DNA of 64,000 nucleotides from Octopus bimaculoides (taxonomy: Eukaryota). The stretch spans positions 18,133,796 through 18,197,795 of the forward strand of contig NC_068992.1 of assembly GCF_001194135.2 (NCBI RefSeq), read 5' to 3'. This document shows, piece after piece, positions 11,712 through 25,119 of the stretch (position 1 is its first letter; the number at the start of each line of letters is the position of its first letter). The notes beneath the pieces were generated by a model, which searched no databases, was not told where the DNA came from, and worked only from the letters and a program-made list of their open reading frames with translations. The translations under genes were made by a program, and so were the position numbers.

Positions 11712-13465
11712 AGATTGAATGATTTAGCATTAAAGCTTCTAATTTATGTGACTTAATTGTTCTACACTAGATAGTGAGTACAGACATTAAGTGTGATTTC
11801 AATCTCAGAGTATCTAAACTATAAATACTCTGGTTGAAGCAGAAAGAAGAAATGGCGTCGGTTGTAGGAGACTTGCTAATTGCAGACTACACTGCGACCT
11901 GTTGGGTTCAACAAAACGGAAAGGATCTACTCCAGTTCATTATATAAAGGGTTCAGCGGTAAATTGCAAGAATGTTACTGAAGTCAACAATCATTTGATG
12001 AGGTCAGGATGCAGCAACAGCCGAAAAGTGATAACTATAATAAAAACAAAGAAGAAAGGAAAATACTTAGATACGTGTCTGAATATATCTATATTCACTA
12101 CAATGTTGATGAAGATAGCGATGACGATGATGATACCTAATATGTTATTGAAATAATTATTACTAACACGCATAGATAAAGGTTGTGTATAAAATATTTA
12201 GGAAAAATTGCCAAGCGATTTCGATTGTCTATTAGCATTGAGCAATTAGCATTTGGTGCATTTGCAAAATGTAATGTTGGTCGGTAATTAAATTTAACAA
12301 GTTTTGCATGTCTGACTTTTCCACTGTGTATTGAAGAGAATTAACCGTTAATAGCTTTCTAGGAATTTTACACTGCAGTATATAATAATGTCTTGTTATT
12401 GACAGTGTATATATTAAGCCAAATGGATTAAGCAGGAAATCATTATTCACGGTTATTGTGGAAGAGTTGTGTGTGACTGTTATGTATAACCACTTACACA
12501 CTAGTGACATTTAATACGAACAGAGGTTAAAATAATGAATGACACTTATATTGTAAACATTCTGTCAACACTCTTGTCTTTCTATGGCTTTTGACAACCT
12601 CATTCAGCCTATTTTCAGCTAGGTTAATCTTAACTTGAGCAGAATTTGAGCTCATAACCAATGATTGATAATTCTTTTAGATATCAATGAAATGGTAGAT
12701 ATTACAGAATTGTTTGAATGGCGGACAACAGAATTGTCAGCATATAATTGCATCCATTCATGTTCTTAGATCAAATCCTGATACGTTACTTCGATCTTTG
12801 GTGCTTTTAAAACGACAAGGACTCGTGAACTTTTCGAGCAGTATACTCGTCTACACGAACCATATCTGACTCTCTAACAATCTATAGACATATATTTATG
12901 TATGGTATGTATGTATGCATGTATGTATTTGCATACGACTGTGTATGTGCGTGCGTGTGTGTGTACAGTTGAAGGTAGGCGGTACTTTCTCCTTAACCTT
13001 CTAGAATATTTCCACAGAAACGATTTCTTTATAGAACTGCTTATCATTTTCAACATACTTTACGTCTCAGAAATCAGCGTATCCACGGATTGATTAGTAT
13101 TAAAATATTCAGATAATAACATATTGTTCGAATACAATATAGTTACCGTTTTACACTCCCAACAAATACCATTTGTGGATGTAGGCCACTTCTAGGTTGC
13201 TGAGCTGATTCTTCGCTAAACATTGTGATAAAGTAACAGATTTTCATCTGCGGTATTGATTATTCACGGAAAGGCATTTGTATCTCACGAGATCTCAATG
13301 ACGCTCAGTAGCCAACTCCTGTAGGAAGATCACCCGGGGTCTATTGTCTAACCTTTGACACTCTTCCAAACCTTTTCAATTCACGATGAAGGGTGGTATG
13401 ACTCATGTTGAAACCTGTACATAGTTTCCAAAATGTGACAGTCGGGTTTCTTCCAACGGTTCTAC

Positions 13466-14282
13466 GATCATTCGCTGTAAACAATTTTGCCGCAAGAAAA
13501 CTCGCAGTAGGAGACTTTGCCGTAAGATAATTTCGCGGTATTTATGATTTCGAAGATATGCCAGGTAACCCGATTTAGAGAAATTGCAGCTCTGAAACAA
13601 AATTGCGTTATATATATGTATANNNNNNNNNNNNNNNNNNNNNNNNNNNNNNNNNNNNNNNNNNNNNNNNNNNNNNNNNNNNNNNNNNNNNNNNNNNNNN
13701 NNNNNNNNNNNNNNNNNNNNNNNNNNNNNNNNNNNNNNNNNNNNNNNNNNNNNNNNNNNNNNNNNNNNNNNNNNNNNNNNNNNNNNNNNNNNNNNNNNNN
13801 NNNNNNNNNNNNNNNNNNNNNNNNNNNNNNNNNNNNNNNNNNNNNNNNNNNNNNNNNNNNNNNNNNNNNNNNNNNNNNNNNNNNNNNNNNNNNNNNNNNN
13901 NNNNNNNNNNNNNNTGTGTGTGTGTGTGTGTGTGTGTTGTGTGTGTGTATTTGTGTGTGTTTTATAATTCTGTTGTAGATTTAACTTTTTTGTTTTCTTT
14001 TTGTTCTTTGTAAATGTTTATATTGTATTACTTTTATCATAGCAGAATTCTTTTTCTCGAAAACCTTATCATCTTTTAGATTGCTTTATCCACCCCACGC
14101 GCCCTTGTAGCTTTGCCATAATGATAGGTTGGTTGAAACAATTATATATCAAGGGAGCAATTCATCTATTTCTTTTTCGGTGAAATTTTCTTGCGCCAAA
14201 ATTTCCCATGCGCCGAATTTTCCTATTGTCCCAAATCCTGGGGCGAATATTCCTGCGGCAAAAATGTTTGCGGCAAACATTC
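13466..14282. mobile_element. Foldback-like non-autonomous DNA element with inverted 15-bp subterminal arrays
   Basis: Five 15-bp units at 13466-13540 (e.g. ACAATTTTGCCGCAA) and about seven reverse-complement units at 14176-14282 (e.g. TTGCGGCAAACATTC), flanking a microsatellite and N-gap interior. Confidence 0.6.
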
Positions 14283-15290
14283 CATATTCGCGTCTCAAGA
14301 CTGACTTTCAATGCATTAAGATCCAACCCTCTTGCGCGGCCTACACTTGATTCATCCTCCAGGCTATAATTCCCATTTCTCAATCGTGAAAACTCTTCTG
14401 TATATTGATTCAGATACTACGTCATCATCACAAGTCTTTTTCAGGGGTTTTGCTGCTACACTAGCACTGTTCCCCTTTTTAAATTAATAAAGAATAACGT
14501 TAGGAACATGTTTTTTGTTTGGAGCGAACATGGAGCCAATACAATGACTTCAATTATGATAAAATCGAAATTTGAAAGAAAATGAAAGAAATATATTAAT
14601 GATTTCGTCATATTTCAAATAGAATTGAATAGTTAAACACCTATATTTCACTACTATTGCCAAATGAAATACTTTCTCTCTACATTTTGATATAAGGTAA
14701 ATTTGGATGCTGTCTGTAGCAGGATGCGTACCGGCACAGAAGACTTCGATCGTTAACTATTACGCAAAGCATCGTGTTTTTGTGAAGATTCAGAACAGAC
14801 ATAGTTTAGAAACTATCGTGAACGGCGTTTCATTCATAAAAATCCCGTTATTCAGAATGTATGAGGGAGAGTATTGCTCAGTATAACCGATATTTTATGG
14901 CTTATTTTCAGCAGGTTGATTGACCGCCGAATTATTTGTGTAGTTTGCCAATTCTGACGTGACAGCTCGTAAAACTGTTTGGTGTTATAATGAGTTTCTG
15001 CACAAAGAAACAATTACCTTCTTTTATTATATATGTAAATAAAGTAGATTTCAAAGAATTCTCAAGCGTATAGCAGAAATGTGTAACATCATATTAACAA
15101 ACACTAGACGTTTTATTTTCAATTAATTTTTAATTTGAAGTGAATTTATTCGGATGAGTTATACAAATGAAGCCTATAAAATACACTCAACATTTGCTGT
15201 TCGTCTACGTTGTTTAATTCTCCCAAAACATTTTCTATTCCTGAAGGTATTTTTAACTACTGTGAATTATGGTTTTTTCAATTGGAACTA

Positions 15291-15674
15291 AAAAAAGATG
15301 GGTGAATGTAGCAAGAATGGCACGTGTGAATGACGGAGCCACCTTGAGCATAATCCTATGAACCAGAAAAAGAATGGAAAAAAGGTAGTCACTCAATGTA
15401 ATGTGTTTTTTGCATGCCATTGTTGTCCGAGGTTACCGTGGTTTGTCTGCAGGCTTTTCTTTCCCCGCATAAACCTAATCTGTTAACCCTTTTATATTAT
15501 GACATTCCTGTGATTCACGATCACTATTGATCAGCCTACCCCTTTTTTTTTTACTTTTCTTTCCTCAATCCCTTTTGATCGAAATTCTACCTCCTTTTTT
15601 TCTCTTTCCTTCCCAAAAAGCTCTACTTTGTATTTTGCCCCCCTGTGTTCAGCCCTGTGTGGCTAATAAAGAAA
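15291..15674 (+). mobile_element. L1/Tx1-clade LINE 3' end (ORF2 C-terminus plus 3' UTR), copy 1
   Basis: KRWVNVARMARVNDGATLSIIL* followed by a T-rich UTR ending CCCTGTGTGGCTAATAAAGAAA. Colinear with 50631-50995 and 27695-27798. The Tx1 assignment rests on the W..V..L C-terminal pattern (recall). Confidence 0.7.
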
Positions 15675-15714
15675 CGTAATATAGGATAAAGTTCCTTATA
15701 AGATAGCGGTCATA

Positions 15715-15943
15715 TACACTCATGGGGGTGATTTCTCGGTTTCTGCGGCGCACATACTATCCCCCACCCAGGATGACACAACGGTTCGTCGCAGGGTTAC
15801 TCATTTTTGCCAGTTTAGGAGACTAGCAACGTGAAATGAAGTGTTTTCCTCAAGAACACAACGCGTCGCCCGGGTTAGGAATTGAAACCACAATCTTACA
15901 ATCATGAGCCCAACACCCTAACCACGGAACCACACGCCTCCAC
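15715..15943 (-). mobile_element. tRNA-derived SINE, family D
   Basis: Minus strand GTGGAGGCGTGTGGTTCCGTGGTTAGGG...GGTTTCAATTCC...GTTGTGTTCTTGAGGAAAACACTTCATTTCACGTTG; the central block recurs at about 56290. Confidence 0.7.
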
Positions 15944-15957
15944 TGAGTCTTTTCCAA

Positions 15958-16155
15958 AATATCCTTTCTAGAACACTTGAAATTTTGGGAGAGGGGGCTA
16001 GTTGATTATATCGACCCCAGTGTTTGACTGGTATTTTTTTATCGACCCGGAAACGACAACAGGCAAAGTCGACCGCGGTGGAATTTGAACTCAGAACGTA
16101 AAGACGGAGGAAATGCATCTAAGTATTTCACCCGACGTGCTAACGACTTCTCCAA
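15958..16155 (-). mobile_element. SINE family B
   Basis: GATTATATCGACCCCAGTGTTTGACTGGTA...GGCAAAGTCGACCGCGGTGGAATTTGAACTCAGAACGTAAAG...CGTGCTAACG. Confidence 0.75.
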
Positions 16156-17117
16156 GATATAAAACTATTTGTTATAATACAGAAAATTAAATCAAACTTC
16201 GGAGAAAACAAACTCAAAATCGAAATGTTTTCTCCTTTCAATACTCAACGCATTTTGTTTCTTACATGTTACTAAGATATTTTCACTTTAATTNNNNNNN
16301 NNNNNNNNNNNNNNNNNNNNNNNNNNNNNNNNNNNNNNNNNNNNNNNNNNNNNNNNNNNNNNNNNNNNNNNNNNNNNNNNNNNNNNNNNNNNNNNNNNNN
16401 NNNNNNNNNNNNNNNNNNNNNNNNNNNNNNNNNNNNNNNNNNNNNNNNNNNNNNNNNNNNNNNNNNNNNNNNNNNNNNNNNNNNNNNNNNNNNNNNNNNN
16501 NNNNNNNNNNNNNNNNNNNNNNNNNNNNNNNNNNNNNNNNNNNNNNNNNNNNNNNNNNNNNNNNNNNNNNNNNNNNNNNNNNNNNNNNNNNNNNNNNNNN
16601 NNNNNNNNNNNNNNNNNNNNNNATTTTTAAGGCTTCGGTAGCATGAGAGTAAGATTGCATTATTTATATTACGAATCGCATCGTAGGGAATCGAAGTGGG
16701 AAAGTTGTGTGGGCGCCTGAAGGATGATCTGGTGAAGTGTCTTGGTTGAATACTGACTTCAGCATACTGATGTGTTTCATATTTTATATTTTGAAATTAT
16801 TATAAATATAAATTTCTATAAACTATAAAATATATACTAACCATTCATAAACACAAAAAAACTGTTAATTTAACGTCATTAATTGTTTAGTGTTAAAATT
16901 CACGTCGCGCTATCTGTGACCTGGTCTCTTCCACAGATTCTTTGCAACTTAATTTCAACTAAGGGTCACATGTCTACTGAATTCTCAAATAAATACTGCA
17001 CCAGTATTTCTATAGTTTAGCTTAGGTAGTTAGGGAGGCTTGTCGAGGGAGAGGATTCCAACAGATGCATAAATTCATAGTATGTAAAATTTATTATTAT
17101 CATAAGCCATATCAGTA

Positions 17118-17322
17118 GTAAAGCGGCAGAATGGTTAGCAGGCCAGACAAAGTGCTTGGAAGCGTATTGTCAGTCTCTACGTTAAAAGATCAAATCCTGT
17201 TGTGTTCGACTATCCCTTTCACTTTTCCGAGTCAATTGAAGTAAATTAACAGGAGGTCTATCTAATCGACCTAACCCATTCCTGAAATTTTCAGACTTTG
17301 TACATATAGTATAAGGAATCAT
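17118..17322 (+). mobile_element. SINE family B, degenerate
   Basis: GCGGCAGAATGGTTAGCAGGCCAG head...TAATCGACCTAACCC...CAGACTTTGTACATATAGTA tail. Confidence 0.55.
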
Positions 17323-18609
17323 CGTTGGCGGTGGTTTTTAGGTTGATGATCAAATTCCCTGTAATATCTACATTCTGAGTTCAAAAGCATTTGCGATTAA
17401 TGTCAACTTTCCTCCTTCCATGCGTCCATAAAATAGAACTCTACTCAAATATAATCGATAAACGAGCAGCTTTCCACTTATGAAAATGTATGGCCCCCGA
17501 GCTAATTTGAGAAATCAATACGATTATAATTATTTTCTGTTACTGTATATTTCTTATTGTTCTTCTTTTTGCTATATTTCCACTGAATACAGTTACTAAA
17601 ATCTCATTAATAATCCTTAGTAATACGAAAGTAAAGCTCTTACACAAACGTAGTAATACCCATCAAAATAGCTTGATGGAAAAAGTAAATCTATTAGAAA
17701 ATCACCATTATTCACACAAAGTACATATAAAAAAATGATATTGCTGAATCTAAATATACCTAGGTCCCTTTACCGGATTTAAGTAATTACATTTTAGACA
17801 TTCTGTTCTGTAAGGATTTTTAGAAACATTGCAAGAAACCCATAAATTAATCTTCGTACGCACCTAAAGCGATTCTACTTGTCGATTGTGTATTTTCATC
17901 TGATTTGGCTCATTAACTGATTGTTTACGATTAAATACTTAGCTTCACAGATAACTAGGAGATTTTATCTAATATACGGAATTACCAAATAATGCCCCAG
18001 ATCAGAGAACCTCTATTTCCGTCTAGAAAGCTAGCTACTATTTACAACATCTCTTAATGGATTCTGAAGCTCTAAAATTAGCACAGATACGAAACCATTC
18101 AATAGCAATGATAATCAATTTAATAATTTAACAATTGTATTACAGAGATTTCTGACCATACTATGAAAACCCGAGATTCTTATGTCTTATTCCTTTGATA
18201 TAAGAACTACGTACATGCAGTTATTTAACGCTTTCTTTCTTTGTTCAACTATCGACCAAGATATCCCAGCTCAAATATTGTATTCAACAGTACTGCTCAC
18301 AGTTCTGTGACTATGAATATTAATATGCATTTATACTAATCCAGGCACACACATACACCTATACAGTTTCACCACACGCACATATATAACCGGGATTTTA
18401 TGTGCATATATATTTATATATATATATATATACATACACACAAGCCCACACATATATTATATTATATGTATATATAAATACACACACACATATTATGCGC
18501 AAAATGGCTGAAAGGTTGTGAAATTCGTTCACAACCACGAGGTTTGCACCCACACCATCCCATGTAAAAGATATAGTATTTTCTATACACTTGCTAACAC
18601 ATATTCTTT

Positions 18610-18809
18610 TCTCTTCTACTCTAGGCACAAGGCTTGGAATTTTGGAGGAGGAGGCTACTCAATTAGGTCAACCGCAGTACACAACTGGTACTTAATTTAT
18701 TGACCCCCGAAATGATGAAAGGCAAAGTTGACTTCGGCGGAATTTCAACTCAGAACGTAAAGACAGACGAAATACCGCTAAGAATTTCGCCTGGCGTGCT
18801 AACGTTTCT
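18610..18809 (-). mobile_element. SINE family B, tail type 1
   Basis: TCTACTCTAGGCACAAGGC tail, CTGGTACTTAATTTATTGACCCCCGAAATGATGAAAGGCAAAG core, CGTGCTAACGTTTC head (slightly 5'-truncated). Confidence 0.8.
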
Positions 18810-18915
18810 TATTTCTTTATTGCCCATAAGGGATTAAACATAGAGGGGACAAACAAGGACAGGCAAAGGGATTCAGTCGATTACATCGACCCAGTGCGTA
18901 ACTGGTACTTAATTT
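18810..18915 (-). mobile_element. SINE family B 3' fragment, alternative tail type 2
   Basis: TATTTCTTTATTGCCCATAAGG...GGGGACAAACAAGGACAG...GTCGATTACATCGACCCAGTGCGTAACTGGTACTTAATTT: same central block, different tail. Confidence 0.7.
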
Positions 18916-19074
18916 ATATATCTCCGCTTTTAAAGAATAATATATTAAGAATAATATATTACTACGCTTCAGAACATGCGGAACTATTAGAAAACTAAAC
19001 ATTCTAGTTTCAAAGAAACAAATCAGTTGCATAAATACACTTATTTCTATAATGCAGACAGAACTTGAAGAAAG

Positions 19075-20200
19075 TGTACGTGTAAGCTAGCTATTTTTTT
19101 TACCGAAAAAGTTGCAAAACATTCAGAAAATGATGCCGATGGTGAATTTGTGAAAGAACGTCTCTTGGCAGTTGCTGAGCATTTATGCTCGGAAGAGTTA
19201 AAGATGATTGACAAGATTAGCTTATCTCGCAGGAAAATAACACGATGGATTGAGGTAACTGCAGCAGATATTGGAGTTCGCTGTCAGAAGGAATTTTTTT
19301 CTTTTTAACGAAAGCACAGATATCCTGAATTCCGTTCAGCTGGCAATTTTTATACGTGGTGTTCATATATGACATAATAACACTGAAGAATCTCTTTCGG
19401 TTAAGACAATGAAAGGTACCGTCACGGGATCTAACATTGATGAGGATCATGAAGTGAAAATTCCGACACCGTAGTTCAATCAGTAGTTTCAAAGTTTCAT
19501 CCATGGTGCTGAAGCCGGGTACCCAGCAATGGTTGGACCTCGGGTAGTCTTTCCATCTAAATTAAAAGACAAAATTACTTCTTTGAATTTAAGAAAGAAT
19601 GATTGTGCAAAAATGAATTGAAATGGTTTATGTTCTTGCTTCAACTATAAATTTTATAAAATCTGAGCACTTAACCACTACCGGCTTAAGGAGTGTTTCG
19701 AGAAACAGGAACCTGACTAGTCTGGTTTACTCCTTTGCAATTCCTTATCTGAGTTAAAGGAATATGCTTCAGTGGTTTTATAGGCTCATATCAAAAATAT
19801 TCACCTGTTTAGGAATAAGTGATTAGTTTGTCCCAACCTGAAAAAGGAGACCTCGATTCGAGACGCCATTCTTTGATGTCATTTCAATGGGTCGAAACAC
19901 AAACTGGAAACCAGGTTTTAGTATTTCATTGCTGGAGAAGATTTTGTTGTTAACCTAATGCCGATGTTAAAGAAATAACCCAGTCGGAACTGCAAATGGA
20001 GAAACTGAAGGACAGCTTCGGCGAAAATTTAAGGTCCTATGATTATTGCGGTTTTATAGAATTTTTGAAGAAAACTGCCTCAAATTAGGGAGCTTCGCTG
20101 AAAGATATTCCCACATGTTTGGAAGTACGTATAACTACCGACAATATTTTAATACAATAAAACTAGACGTAAAAGATTAACAAACATCGATCTTGAAGAC
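19075..20200 (+). pseudogene. hAT transposase remnant (Charlie/SPIN/GTF2IRD2-like)
   Basis: TEKVAKHSENDADGEFVKERLLAVAEHLCSEELKMIDKISLSRRKITRWIE from 19102, then SVQLAIFIRGV, MKGTVTG, PAMVG and HMFGSTY (SMFGSTY dimerisation motif) near 20115. Many stops and frameshifts; no TIRs recognised. Confidence 0.75.
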
Positions 20201-20947
20201 AATTGTAAATAAACTTGTAAATATTGGAAAACTTGCCAAAAAAGTACAAAAACGCCAAGTTAGTCACTAAAATTTGTGAATAAATTATTTCTCTTTACGT
20301 CAATAATGAATGAATAATAAATACAGTGTTTCTTGTCTGTATTAGGTAATATTTTAATCATTGTATGTGGTTTAGCCGAACTACTTTCCTCATCAATGTT
20401 GCTAATGTTTTTTTCGTTTCAAAGCATTTGAGTCGACATGCTCCATCCAGCTTGTCATGTCATTTTAATTTGCTGTATTTCATATTTTCGAGTTGCTTCA
20501 CTTCAGTCGAGATTACTATTTTTCCAAATACAGTAGCTTAATAGAGTTCGACTAAACCTCATATTTAACAATGAGAAAGTATGATGTTTCTTGAATTTTT
20601 TAAGCTCTTGTTGAATGTAATGTTTTCGGAATTTGAAAAAATTGGGGATTTTAAGTAAGGAAGATCATACGTGTAAACATCTTTCGCTTTAAAAACTGGA
20701 AACATTCAAAATGGTATTGCTACCTTTGTACTTGAAATATAACTTTTACAGCAATATTATAATTTATTAAAATATAAACACACCTTACTGGTTTTAAATA
20801 CATTTTTATATTAATGTTATCTTTCAATTTATAAGATACCAAAGAAATTGTTTAATGATTATATTGTGAAATGTACACACATGGTTAGAAAGTACGTTTT
20901 GTTCACACACATACACGCATACATACGCATACACATACATACGTATA

Positions 20948-21233
20948 TATTGTATAAAGGATTGTGATTAAAGCCAGAACTATGCGAAGTAAAAGCAACG
21001 AAAATCACAAGAAAACAATTACATGAATTGATGTGTTGATGTAGACTTACCTTGCATTCAATATTTCGAACTGATGACCCCATCCTCAACAAATTAACGA
21101 TTGAGGATGGGACCATAACCTCAAAGTACTGAATGCATGGTAAGTCTATATTAATTCATATATTTGTTTTCTTGTGACTTACCTCGCTTTTATTTCGCAT
21201 TGTCTGGCCTTAGCCACAATCCTTTATACAATG
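20948..21233. mobile_element. TA-flanked MITE (Tc1/mariner-type) with about 30-bp TIRs
   Basis: Left TATTGTATAAAGGATTGTGATTAAAGCCAGA versus reverse complement of right CATTGTATAAAGGATTGTGGCTAAGGCCAGA; TA at 20946-20947 and 21234-21235. Confidence 0.8.
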
Positions 21234-22725
21234 TATTCTACACAATTCTTCATAGTAACTATTCCATTATAATATGTATGTATGTATATATATATATATA
21301 TATATATATNNNNNNNNNNNNNNNNNNNNNNNNNNNNNNNNNNNNNNNNNNNNNNNNNNNNNNNNNNNNNNNNNNNNNNNNNNNNNNNNNNNNNNNNNNN
21401 NNNNNNNNNNNNNNNNNNNNNNNNNNNNNNNNNNNNNNNNNNNNNNNNNNNNNNNNNNNNNNNNNNNNNNNNNNNNNNNNNNNNNNNNNNNNNNNNNNNN
21501 NNNNNNNNNNNNNNNNNNNNNNNNNNNNNNNNNNNNNNNNNNNNNNNNNNNNNNNNNNNNNNNNNNNNNNNNNNNNNNNNNNNNNNNNNNNNNNNNNNNN
21601 NNNNNNNNNNNNNNNNNNNNNNNNNNNNNNNNNNNNNNNNNNNNNNNNNNNNNNNNNNNNNNNNNNNNNNNNNNNNNNNNNNNNNNNNNNNNNNNNNNNN
21701 NNNNNNNNNNNNNNNNNNNNNNNNNNNNNNNNNNNNNNNNNNNNNNNNNNNNNNNNNNNNNNNNNNNNNNNNNNNNNNNNNNNNNNNNNNNNNNNNNNNN
21801 NNNNNNNNNNNNNNNNNNNNNNNNNNNNNNNNNNNNNNNNNNNNNNNNNNNNNNNNNNNNNNNNNNNNNNNNNNNNNNNNNNNNNNNNNNNNNNNNNNNN
21901 NNNNNNNNNNNNNNNNNNNNNNNNNNNNNNNNNNNNNNNNNNNNNNNNNNNNNNNNNNNNNNNNNNNNNNNNNNNNNNNNNNNNNNNNNNNNNNNNNNNN
22001 NNNNNNNNNNNNNNNNNNNNNNNNNNNNNNNNNNNNNNNNNNNNNNNNNNNNNNNNNNNNNNNNNNNNNNNNNNNNNNNNNNNNNNNNNNNNNNNNNNNN
22101 NNNNNNNNNNNNNNNNNNNNNNNNNNNNNNNNNNNNNNNNNNNNNNNNNNNNNNNNNNNNNNNNNNNNNNNNNNNNNNNNNNNNNNNNNNNNNNNNNNNA
22201 TATATATATATATATATATATATACATACATATAGACATAGGCGTGTGTGTAGACACACATATACTCACCGGATTTAGTAGCTGTCTCACAAATTTGACC
22301 CCGCCTCCGTTACATTATTCTACATCAGCAAGGTTACTTATAATATCTACAGACAGAGGGGACCAATATCCTGCTTTACCATTCAATACACTAAGAATAT
22401 CTACATTTTTACAGTAGTGGAGAGTTTTCTAACGTGATATATGACATACATATATCTTGGTGATACGACTTGTTTGAAAAAGGTTTTATTTCGTTTATGA
22501 AAGCAGCGTAACTGACACCGGTTTTAGGTTATGTCAGGTGAAGAGGAAACTTGATAGTGTGACAAACTGTTGACTCCATTGACACGACTCTATACAATTG
22601 TTATCATGGAGCACTTCCATTGTCTGATACACCATATTCAATAAACACTACCGCGTAAACTCGACGACGACTACGGCGACGACGACGGCAAGCACAACCG
22701 CCATCACCATCATCGTTCCACCGTA

Positions 22726-23705
<980 letters not shown>

Positions 23706-24050
23706 TCTGCATGAACATCGCCACACTCTTTCTCTCCCCCTTTCGTGAGTCATCGACGGTGTCAATGAATCCCGGGTGAGGCCATCCATTCTGCGGAAAA
23801 CCTGTGCGTGACTGTCTTTGCGTATGACGGATGATTTACTGGCAACAAACAGCACGATTCTCGATATACAGAGATGGCTTAGGCATTAATAATAGTAAAT
23901 TAGAGAACAAACACAACGATACATTCGCCATTTTGTGCAGGGAACGTACGCAGAGCCTACAACCATAAAAGTACACGTATTGTCTGCAAAACGAGTCAGG
24001 AAGAAAAGCGAAATAACTTTCGAATATACACAGAGATAACGATCATGATA

Positions 24051-24051
24051 T

Positions 24052-24111
<60 letters not shown>
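24051..24111. repeat. (GAT)n microsatellite
   Basis: Direct reading. Confidence 0.95.
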
Positions 24112-24255
24112 CAACGATGCTGCTGCTGTTCATAAGGGTTGTGCCTTTGGTGTGTGAGTGTCCATAATAAATGTATACATACACATATGCCTAAACACGC
24201 ACACATACACACAGGCATATACACATATGCAGAAAGGCACACACACACACACACG

Positions 24256-24299
<44 letters not shown>

Positions 24300-25084
24300 A
24301 ATATATCTCTCTCCGTGTGTGTGTGTATATANNNNNNNNNNNNNNNNNNNNNNNNNNNNNNNNNNNNNNNNNNNNNNNNNNNNNNNNNNNNNNNNNNNNN
24401 NNNNNNNNNNNNNNNNNNNNNNNNNNNNNNNNNNNNNNNNNNNNNNNNNNNNNNNNNNNNNNNNNNNNNNNNNNNNNNNNNNNNNNNNNNNNNNNNNNNN
24501 NNNNNNNNNNNNNNNNNNNNNNNNNNNNNNNNNNNNNNNNNNNNNNNNNNNNNNNNNNNNNNNNNNNNNNNNNNNNNNNNNNNNNNNNNNNNNNNNNNNN
24601 NNNNNNNNNNNNNNNNNNNNNNNNNNNNNNNNNNNNNNNNNNNNNNNNNNNNNNNNNNNNNNNNNNNNNNNNNNNNNNNNNNNNNNNNNNNNNNNNNNNN
24701 NNNNNNNNNNNNNNNNNNNNNNNNNNNNNNNNNNNNNNNNNNNNNNNNNNNNNNNNNNNNNNNNNNNNNNNNNNNNNNNNNNNNNNNNNNNNNNNNNNNN
24801 NNNNNNNNNNNNNNNNNNNNNNNNNNNNNNNNNNNNNNNNNNNNNNNNNNNNNNNNNNNNNNNNNNNNNNNNNNNNNNNNNNNNNNNNNNNNNNNNNNNN
24901 NNNNNNNNNNNNNNNNNNNNNNNNNNNNNNNNNNNNNNNNNNNNNNNNNNNNNNNNNNNNNNNNNNNNNNNNNNNNNNNNNNNNNNNNNNNNNNNNNNNN
25001 NNNNNNNNNNNNNNNNNNNNNNNNNNNNNNNNNNNNNNNNNNNNNNNNNNNNNNNNNNNNNNNNNNNNNNNNNNNNNNNNNNNN

Positions 25085-25119
<35 letters not shown>

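Noticed and set aside
21071-21118. CTGATGA plus strong hairpin as a hammerhead ribozyme
   Set aside because: The stem is followed by ACCATAA, not GAAA, and no stem I or III can be formed.
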